Assembly: GCA_040285855.1 (NCBI GenBank)
Contig: JAUFOQ010000003.1
Span: 2,294,001 to 2,358,000, forward strand
DNA: 64,000 bases
Reading direction: 5' to 3'
DNA from: Eukaryota sp. GEM-RC1
Taxonomy: Eukaryota
Shown here: positions 12,012 to 20,970 of the stretch, one piece after another
Numbering within the stretch: position 1 is the first letter of the stretch
Layout: every line of letters starts with the position of its first letter
The notes under the pieces: generated by a model
What the model saw: only the letters and a program-made list of their open reading frames with translations
Database searches by the model: none
What the model was told of the DNA's origin: nothing
Position numbers and translations under genes: made by a program

Positions 12012-12476
12012 TCTTTCAATAATTCATTGATGTTTTTTTATTCTGTAGAACAATATAATAATTATAAGTCTTTATTACAATTTTTTCTTTATTTATCAAT
12101 CAACGAAGAAGTTGATTGATTGGGTTTATCTGGTCTAAATTTATAATTTATACCATGATTTTTCACATAAACTATGCTACCACATCTACACTGAATATGT
12201 AACAAATTGGTCTGTTTTTATATGTCACATTTTCTGACATACTAAATCTGTAACAAATTTCTGTCAGATTTCAGGTGGATGAAATTCACGGATTGTTCTG
12301 TGTGTAATAACTATGTAACAAAACATTGGTATTCAGACTACGTCTGACACATTTCATTGAACATTGTAATATTCTACAAATATTGTTTATTTGATGTGTT
12401 ATTCTTATATGTTATACAAAATTATAAATACATCTATATTGTACTATTTATTCTCTATCACTATCAATTCATTTTT

Positions 12477-13994
12477 TTAAAGTCTTTTTGATTCCAAAAG
12501 CACTTGCAGTGGTTTTAATTCTTCGTTTTCCTGTTTTTTCCCTAAAACGTCATTTTCGTCTTTTGTCTTTGACGATTTGTTTTCAAATTTTGTTGTTGAA
12601 ACATCAATTACATTTTGTTCTGTCATCAAATCAGGTTGTACACTCTGAAGTAGATCATACATAACAAGACATAGATTTTTTCTTGATCTGTTAGTGTATA
12701 ATTTTGTCTGATTTTGTTCCTGACGTGCATCAACCATTAATCCTTGTAAAATTAAAGTAACATTCAAACAGACAATCCATCCACATATAAGAGACGATGT
12801 TGACTGTGCAAAAGGTATATAGTAGTCCACCTTATACTCTGGTAATCTTGCAAACAGATTTGTTTCCCCACATCCATAAACAGTTCTAAAAGGATTAACG
12901 ATTAATTCAGTGGTTAATGAATAATCCAAAGAATCATAAATATTGAATAATAAAACATTTGCTTCATTTAGAAACAATTCAATAAGAATCCAATGACCAG
13001 ATCCTGCATCACCAGGAACATGTTCTTTCACCAAACATAATGGGGCAAGAATTCTTTTTCCTGATTTTAGTGTATCGACAATAGCCTTACCAGAATGTAA
13101 GGCATAGCATATTGGATCACCTACCAACTGTTGAGTTTCTTGAGATTGCAGGAACTTGTACCTACTTGATTTAAATTTTTGGAATGCAAGCATCACAATG
13201 AAATCAAGTTCAGAACTCAACAAGAGTTGTGTTTTGCCTTCTCTATCATCCTTTGTCAACATTTTTTCAATATCACAAAATCCAAATTTTAATTTTGAAT
13301 TTATGTAAAACTGATCACTGATTAAATCTACAGAAAGAATCAACGGGTTACGTTGTTTTTTGCGTTTCATAGGTTTAGATAAATTAGCATTATCAATGAC
13401 CGGAACAGGAACTATTTCAGATGGTTCAGAGAAAATAGAATGAATATGATTGATTGCGAAGTTATCAATACGACGTTTTGGTGAAGGAAAAACGACTTGA
13501 GATGGAGTATCGTCAATGCGAGTAATGTCACAATCATGTAAAAGATTAGGAGATTGAGGCTGAGGAGGAGGAGGAGAAAGAGCAATTGTAACTCGTTTAA
13601 CGTCTTTGAGTAGATCCTTAAGATGATTTAGAGTTGAAGTTGTTGAAGGAAGTGGAAGAGATATGTCACGCTTCTCATAAGAACCATCAAAAGGAAAGAG
13701 ATGAACAGTTTCTAGATCAACATCTAGCACAATGGCAACGGATGATTTGTAGTTGAGGCAAAAATCCATGGTACCCTTTTTAAGATCATCTGGTAAGTCA
13801 GGTGTTGACACTTCCGTTATGTGGATGGATTTAGTTCTCCATGAATTGTATGTTCCATAAGGAAGAAGAACAAGTGACAAATTAACTGCATGCTTATCAG
13901 CAAGCTTTACAACAAGTTTCATATATGTTTTGATGGTACGGGAACGACTTTCTTGTTCAGAAGTATTTCTGAGTTTGAAGATTGAGTAGGACAT
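12477..13994 (-). CDS. Ulp1/peptidase C48-like (SUMO/ubiquitin-like deconjugating) cysteine protease
   Basis: ILAPL...GSGHWILI (His), IYDSL (Asp), AQSTSSLICGWIVC (Gln, Cys) in the order of the C48 catalytic core. Confidence 0.75.
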   Translation of the reverse strand: MSYSIFKLRNTSEQESRSRTIKTYMKLVVKLADKHAVNLSLVLLPYGTYNSWRTKSIHITEVSTPDLPDDLKKGTMDFCLNYKSSVAIVLDVDLETVHLFPFDGSYEKRDISLPLPSTTSTLNHLKDLLKDVKRVTIALSPPPPQPQSPNLLHDCDITRIDDTPSQVVFPSPKRRIDNFAINHIHSIFSEPSEIVPVPVIDNANLSKPMKRKKQRNPLILSVDLISDQFYINSKLKFGFCDIEKMLTKDDREGKTQLLLSSELDFIVMLAFQKFKSSRYKFLQSQETQQLVGDPICYALHSGKAIVDTLKSGKRILAPLCLVKEHVPGDAGSGHWILIELFLNEANVLLFNIYDSLDYSLTTELIVNPFRTVYGCGETNLFARLPEYKVDYYIPFAQSTSSLICGWIVCLNVTLILQGLMVDARQEQNQTKLYTNRSRKNLCLVMYDLLQSVQPDLMTEQNVIDVSTTKFENKSSKTKDENDVLGKKQENEELKPLQVLLESKRL

Positions 13995-14103
13995 GGGAAA
14001 TTCTGATATAGACTTTATTACAGATTTCGTTTTTTAACACGTGAATTCACACACACATGTCCATTACAGTCTGTGTGGGATTTCATTTTCCTTCCTCCTA
14101 CAG

Positions 14104-14110
14104 TATAAAT
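14104..14110 (+). promoter_or_regulatory. TATA-like box upstream of the hairpin pair and the 2A-Ulp1-Fanzor ORF
   Basis: TATAAAT within the divergent intergenic region; weak evidence in AT-rich DNA. Confidence 0.25.
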
Positions 14111-14149
14111 GTCGTTTGTTCTGCATCCAAACAGATGTTGTCCGCCATC

Positions 14150-14350
14150 CTGTCCTTATCTGACTCAACTTGTGACTGTTTCCATTGCACGGTTTCGGGC
14201 TCAGTTGAGTTTAGATAAGGACAGTTCTTTCCCCTCCACTGCCTCCGCTTCTGTTGCTTCGATAATGCCGCCATTCTGTCCTTATCTGACTCAACTTGTG
14301 ACTGACTCCATTGCACGGTTTCGGGCTCAGTTGAGTTTAGAAAAGGACAG
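14150..14350 (+). repeat. Two tandem (126-bp period) 75-nt hairpins
   Basis: CTGTCCTTATCT-GACTCAACT pairs with AGTTGAGTT-T-AGATAAGGACAG at 14150-14224; near-identical copy at 14276-14350. Confidence 0.9.
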
Positions 14351-14387
14351 TTCATTCTGTGTTTTATCAACACATACATTTGTTGCC

Positions 14388-14480
14388 ATGAAGTACTCGT
14401 CTCCCCTGTTTATCCCTTCCCATCCTCCGTTCCCAAAAGACCTCACCGCTGATGGTGATATTGAATCCAATCCAGGACCC
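14388..14480 (+). other. 2A-like ribosome-skipping (StopGo) peptide
   Basis: MKYSSPLFIPSHPPFPKDLTADGDIESNPG|P matches the D(V/I)ExNPGP consensus with preceding G. Confidence 0.8.
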
Positions 14481-17400
14481 GTAACTCAAGAAGCCATAAA
14501 CTCAGTTTATCCTAATCAATGGCTTGATGACGAAGCGATAGTGGAGTACTGTAAAGTGATATTTCAAGAAGCAGAGTTAGACTTTGAAAGAATGTTTATC
14601 CATCCGACCACATTGCTTCAATATATTGTTTCACCAGATGCCCTTCTTCGGCTAGATCAATGGTTGTTGACGAAAATTCAGCAAAATCAAAGAACAAACT
14701 CCAAATACCTCTTTGTTCCCCTTAGTGATACCATGACTAGAAATGCTAATTATTCCAGAGAAGGTGTCACTGGTTCTCATTGGGGTTTAGCCATTATAGA
14801 CTGTTGTGAAAAGGAATGGATCTTCATTGATCCGATGTTAACTACCGTCGATATGAGTAAGTCTATGGTAAAATCAGCTGTAGACATATTATCCGAAGTA
14901 CTTGTGCCATGGGGGTATGTTTTCCGTTATGTGCCTGTGACTAAAACACAGTCTGCTAACGACTGTGGAGTTTATGTCATTGCGTATATTCAAAAATATG
15001 TTGAACTTTTTAGAAGCCTCATGTATGTTCCGTCTCTGATGTATATGGAGTCTGATTTGGTCCAAGTGAACAGTGAACTTCAAGCAGACATATTTCGTGA
15101 AGAAATTCTGGAGGTCTTGTCTCAACAAAGGACACTTTATCTACAACAACGTCAAACCACAGTAGCTCCTATTGTACCATCGTTACCCATTCAACCTCCT
15201 GCCGGTAAAGAACATCCAACCACTTCAATTCCTCTCACAGGTTCACGTCTTGCTAGCACTAAAACATCTACTGGTTTAAGCACTAAAAAAAGTAAAGCCA
15301 AAATTTCTGATATTCCATCACCACGAGGTTCACCTTTAATTCAACGAAATCAATTTAGAACTACCAGCTCCCTTGTTTCAACTGGTGACACTCCAATACG
15401 AAAGACTCACCGCCGTATGTCCACATTGGAATCATCGGAATTACCATCATCTGAACTATCATCACCATCTGAACTACCATCATTAACTGAACTACCACCA
15501 AAAACACAGGCCTCCATTATGTCGTATCCAACGCCAATTCAAGAAGAAATCCATAATATGGAAGTAAATCTACACACTGAGGTTATCGAACAAGAAATAC
15601 AAATTCAAGACTTTCTTAAATCCCCTCTACTTTGGAACAATCTGCCAACTTTTTGTTTAATTCATGTTCAAAGTGATTTTGCCAAAAAGAAAGAATTAAT
15701 GGCAGAAATGTTCAACTTGTTCAAGAAGATGATGATGACATTGAAACTGTTGAAGGTGAAGCTGAAGATCAATTAGAAGTTAAACGTGATTCTTCTGTTG
15801 ATCCGATTGTATCAATTTCCATCCAGATCATTGATCACAATGAGTTTAATGAAAAACATTTATTTTCTCATGGCAATTTTGATACTACAAACTTGGATTT
15901 GTGTACTTTACATATTTCAGATAGTGAATCCAGTATGCTTAAAAACTTCATTTCCTTCATTACTCAACATTGTCCACGATTGTTTGTGAGTTATGATTTT
16001 CATTTAGATACATTTCCCTTTCTTGTATCACGTTGTCAAGTCCTCAAAATCAATACAACGTTTACTTTTCCAGAATTTAAACCCTACATTCCCTTTTGGT
16101 TCAACAAATGGTGTAAGGAAACAACTTTTGGTCCGTTTTTTAGCCTCGATTTGAATGCTGTACTGAAGAATTTTTATGTCTTTACTGGTGGCCGTTTTTT
16201 GGAAAATGTTGTTCAAATTTTTCTTGAAATGAATAATTTTTCTAAAAATGAAACTGTCAAACGCTTGGAAGAACTTAAGCATGACTCTGATCCTGATGAA
16301 GTTCAATTAGTCAATAATGTCCAAAACTTGCATGGCATAATTGACAGTATTAATGTTTTAGTTCCAGACAATCCCAAAGTGAAGGTCGATAAGATTAAAA
16401 AGAAATTTGTAAGAAATTTGGAGAAAGTAAATGAACTTTGGGCCAAGGAATCGACAAGACCGCTATTGTTGATAAACTCAATTCAACAATTACCTCTGAT
16501 TGAGTACTTGTTGGCTGACCTATTGGATCCCAAAAAACAAACATTACGTTCAAAGTCACCAATGAAAGTGGTTAAGAAACGACTGGACAATGTTGTATCC
16601 AAAGCGAAGGTTAAATTTATTGAATCTCGTGTTAAGAGAGCTCATCAAGTAAGAGTACGTGGTTCTCTCTTTTTGAAACATTTTTTTGTTCATAATTTTC
16701 ATCATTCGGGTATTTTAGGTTACATTCAGAAGTTACTGCCTGCTACTGTTCCAAATGTAACTGTTAAGGAAGAAATGAATTCTGATACAAATGAGTCAAC
16801 TGATGAAGAAACAGATGTACATTCAGAGTCTATCCATGCTGCTACTCCTCCTATTAAATTAGAAAATATTGAAGATGTGAGTGGTGAACCTGAACTTGAC
16901 CTTTGGTCCAAAATTCAAACTAACAAATTTGAATTGCCAGACTGGAAGAATTTTTTTACGTTGAAATCAATGGAACAAGTGTTATCTATGATGACGATTA
17001 GGGACGAAAGACTTGTAAACAATCAGAATCATATTAGGACTGTAAAAGAGTCTTTAGAAAACATAATTTCTAAACCAAATGAGGCCTCAACTCAAAATCA
17101 GTTTGCTCAACACTTCTTGATGCATTACATTCCTCGTTTAGAACTAGCTGCTCGATCTGTTGGACTTGATAGGATTGTGTTTCCCAGTAGCCTCAATTTA
17201 TCTCCTATATTGCACTACATGGCTACTGAAATTATTACAAATTACAAGAATAACATGAGTGAACACTTTCACGAATATGTTTTTCAAGTATTTAATTTGG
17301 TTACCCTGAAAAAAGATAGACTTAACAAGCTTACTGATAAGAATCAACGACAAGAGTTGTGTACAAAGCTTAATGAAGTCAGACAGTTGATCATTAATGG

Positions 17401-19441
17401 GGAAATTTCAAAAATTAATTTTCAAGATGTTGAAGTGTTTCCTGATCCCAATTCTAGACTGAGTTTACTTTTTTTTAACTATTTGTTTACTTTTTTTGAA
17501 GGTAAAATGGAAAAAACAATCTATTATGCTGAAAAAGTAGATCCTTTGAAATTCTTAAGTCATGCAGTGTATTTGAAACGTCTTGTTGAAGACTCATGTA
17601 CTGGTGTTACTGCCAATAATCCTTTTCCTCTGACAAAATCATTGATTCCTAATCATATCAGATTGGACACTACATGGTTTAAAAAAGTTTATGCAAGGCA
17701 TATTTCAGGTAGCTATGATGACGTGCGAAAAGATATTTGGCACTCAGTTTTGAAACCAAAGTGTCTTCCAAAGTCATTGTCTCATGACTTCAAATACAGT
17801 TCTATTTCTACAGATGGAGTTAGCTGTAGTTTAATAATGATGCGGAAAGATCTGCTTGATGGGAGAGGAAATCCTCATAAGAAGGTGAAAGCAGTTGACT
17901 ACACAGCTACTGAAAGGTACATTGATTCTTTGAGTTCCACAGAAATTCAAAACTTAAATTTGAAATCGAAAAGAATTGTTGCTATTGATCCTAATCAGCA
18001 TGATTTGATGTACTGTGCTTCTTTAAAATCTAAGGAGGAAAAGGAAATCGAAGGTTTCGATACATCAGCCAAAATCAGAAGAAGAAAGATTTCTCCAAAA
18101 TCATCAAAGAAAAAAGGAAGCTTGAAAAAATTAAAAAAGGAATTGAAGGATTGGAAAGACGCACCCACTATTGACAAACCAACAACTGTCAAGTTGAAAA
18201 ATCGTGATGATTGGAAAGTATTCCGATACACTGCTGGGGAGCGCAAGGCAGATATGAACAAGTCTCCATGGAAAAGAAAAAAACAAGGAAGGAAAGAAAA
18301 AGAGCTAAGAGAAAGAAGAGGAAGCTGGAGAAGAAAATAAGACGATATAATCTCCATCGTTTATCTGAATCCGAACGGTTACAACAATATTCTACTCAAT
18401 ATATTCACAGTCCAAGTGGCAGACGCATTGACATAAATGGGCAGCAAATTTTAGATGGTTGGGGCTCTAACTCGCCAGGCAGTAAATCTTGTGAATTGTC
18501 TGAATTTTCTGCTTTTGTTCTTGGTAAAGAAATTGCCTGCTCTTTGCTACGATCACCCACTAACTACGATCAAAGAAATACTGAAGGAATTTACGAAGAA
18601 AAGTGGTTTAGACGGAATCGTCTCACACAGTATTCAAGAAAGGAACGAAGTGAAAAAACATGCTTCACAGATTTGCTCTCCAGTTTGGAAACCCAGATGA
18701 AGTCGTTGTTGGGTATGGAGACTGGAACGACACTGCTTTTCGTCGAAGAAGAGGTAAAGCATCTACTGTAAAAGGTGCTTCAATTCGGAAATTATTGAGA
18801 AAATTTGGATTTAAAGTGTTCCTAGTTGATGAATTTAAGACCAGCAAATGTTGCTCTGCATGTGTTTCCAGAAACGACGAAGGTATCTGTTCCAATCCTG
18901 AAAGGATAAAAGTCACTGATCCTCATTGGAAGAAGAAGTTACAGAAGGAAGAGAAAGAATTAAAAAGGAAATTTTGGAACACAATCAATTAGACAATATT
19001 GTGGAGCGTAACTTTGATGATGAATGGACCAAACAGTTGACATTATCGAAAGAAAGATTGAAGAGCAAAAAAGTCTCACCATGGGGCTTAGTTGAATGTG
19101 CTAAATGTCATGTCCTCTGGAATAGAGACTTCAATTCTGCTATCAATATTTACAATATTGTAAATGGAACCATTCAAGGTCAAGGTAGACCTGCCATCCT
19201 CGAGAGACCAAAATCTCAAACAACACCTGTCGTGGATGGCGGGAATACAGATCAGATTCCTAAGAAAAAGACTGTGAGTAAGGGTAAGGGTAAAGCAAAG
19301 CGTCCTCTAACAAAAGTCAGAGGTCCTAACAAGTGTGGTATATGTTTTCAACCTGGACATAACAGAGCAACTTGTCCAAATAAGCCTAAGAAAGATGTAC
19401 CCAAGGACTCACACGTAAACCAGAAAGATCAGGAATCTTGA
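14388..19441 (+). CDS. Reconstructed multidomain Fanzor: 2A peptide - NEDP1/Ulp1-like protease - S/T/P linker - inactive PolB-type 3'-5' exonuclease - Fanzor1 RNA-guided RuvC nuclease - CCHC knuckle (~1685 aa after four +1A corrections)
   Basis: Protease QWLDDEAI, GSHWGL, FIDPM, QSANDCGVYV; Fanzor STDGVSCSL, RuvC-I IVAIDPN (D 17987), VGYGDW, RuvC-II VDEFKTS (E 18831), CSAC/CAKC zinc ribbon, RuvC-III WNRDFNSAINI (D 19127); all four frame changes are -1 and fall at A runs (15684-88, 18277-83, 18653-58, 18962-66). Confidence 0.8.
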
Positions 19442-19640
19442 ATCTATGAAGTTAGCTCGTCTTAAAAGACTTTGCGAATGAGGATATTTGTCTAATAATT
19501 TAGACATTTGTTCAAACTGTGAGTTTTGCTCTATATGAGATCATGAAAATGTGAAGGGTTATGCCTTTTGCATTTGGAATGAAATTCACAGGATGTCAGA
19601 AAGAATCTCCATCTCACAACACTGTAGTGTTGTTGTCAAT
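19442..19640 (+). ncRNA. Candidate Fanzor omegaRNA scaffold (ends uncertain)
   Basis: Directly downstream of the Fanzor stop; nested stems with G-U pairs 19517-19527/19581-19591 and 19547-19558/19564-19575, plus hairpins near 19459-19470, 19489-19506 and 19616-19633. Confidence 0.55.
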
Positions 19641-19771
19641 AAAAATAAGGTTTTCAAAAAAAACTGTTATAGAATTATTAGATATAGTATGTACAATATA
19701 ACGCTAAAACGGACCTACTAGATGCTAGGACGATTGATTGGGAAATTTGTTTAGAACAAATTGTGTTGTTG

Positions 19772-19930
19772 TAGAGCTGTCAAACGGTTCGGCTCAAGCC
19801 GTAAACCGAACGACTTGTGCCAAGTCATATCGAAATTTGGCTTGGCTTACTCAAATGGCTCAAGCCAAAGCCGAACCAGTTTGGATTTCTCCAAGCCAAA
19901 CCATTCGGCTCAAGCCGCGGCTTGAACTTA
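19772..19930. mobile_element. Possible hAT-like element end / MITE remnant
   Basis: Begins TAGAGCTG like the TIR at 39606, followed by repeated GGCTCAAGCC / AACCGAAC subterminal motifs; no partner end found. Confidence 0.4.
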
Positions 19931-20167
19931 CTTCGAACAATATAAATAGTAAATGAACAAGTTGACCAAGTTCATTACATACATCGATTCATAAGACGCA
20001 CAAACAAATACAAAAAGTTATAGAAATACCGCTAGCGCACTCATAATTGTGGTCATTACTGATAAAATTGTTATCAGTATCAGTTGTGGTCATTTATTGA
20101 CGGACACAGTAAACCATTTTTTCAGGAGCCAATTTCTGTATTTTGGTTTCAGGTTGTAGGTTCCAAG

Positions 20168-20739
20168 CAATGTGCGCAAATCTTTGGTACGTACCGTACG
20201 TACCGATTTATTTTATCCGTACCGATGTCATTTGATTTTATTAAATGCCCTGTTTACGAATGGTCTAAATGTATTTACAAATACCATTTTTGTAGTGGAG
20301 ATTCATTGCCTGGTCAAACACTGTACTAATACAATTTGCTTCTGCATAAAAAAATACACTCTTTGGGTTTTAGGGCCCTTCATCCTTGTTATATATCGTA
20401 ACAGTCACTCATAACATGCGCTGTGAGTCGGAGACGCTACCATTGTTAATTTCTTGCGATTACTGAGATTTGTATATACCATTGTCATTTTGGGACAGTT
20501 GTGGTCAGCAAATGATGTAACCTAAATTTGAATAAGTGTGACAATCTTGATCTTAATATCATGAGCTTTGTTTAACGGCACAATGTATGACGATGGTAAC
20601 TCTTAAAATGTCACAGTGGATTATCATGTTCAAATTAGTATTAATAAATTTTTGTCGGCCAAAAGTACAGTACCATACGTCCGTACTTACGGTACGGTAC
20701 GCCTAAAATCGCTGCGGTACGGAACATTTGCGTTCCATG
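20168..20739. mobile_element. hAT-type MITE family A, copy 1
   Basis: Imperfect TIRs CAATGTGCGCAAAT / ATTTGCGTTCCATG; perfect 8-bp TSD GTTCCAAG (20160-67, 20740-47); GTACGTACC subterminal repeats. Confidence 0.9.
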
Positions 20740-20970
20740 GTTCCAAGTATCATTTTAAGTTCATTTGTACAACTAGAATGATTCATTACTGAATATTAAT
20801 TTACTTGATTACCTTCACTAGACAGTACTGGTGTTATGCAACAGGGAAATGAAAACAATGGAAGAGCAATTTAAGATCTCATGAGATACAAGGAAGAAAA
20901 CTGGGAATCTTAAAAACAAAGACTCCATCTAAACAAAGTCTTAATACTAAATTCACACGAAAAATCAAAA

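Noticed and set aside
12278..12300. Short similarity (ATGAAATTCAC..GGA.TGT) to 19579-19596 suggesting a second omegaRNA or element end
   Set aside because: Only ~11 exact bases in AT-rich DNA, and the partner stem strand is absent.
14035..14046. TTAACACGTGAA motif shared with the racemase upstream region (~44477)
   Set aside because: Two occurrences of an E-box-like word are insufficient to call a regulatory site.
14109..14387. N-terminal extension of the protease ORF from ATG 14109 (and the antisense ORF 14098..14379)
   Set aside because: It translates the duplicated hairpin and looks non-protein-like. ATG 14388 (GCCATG) is preferred, though upstream initiation is not excluded.
15684..18966. 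Programmed -1 ribosomal frameshifting to make the Fanzor polyprotein
   Set aside because: Only one of the four sites (18277-83) fits an in-frame X XXY YYZ heptamer. Four serial shifts would give negligible product, and housekeeping genes show the same defect.
19616..19730. Helitron 3' end (hairpin + CTRR)
   Set aside because: The hairpin is AT-rich and ~80 nt from the nearest CTAG, and no Rep domain is visible; cannot be supported.
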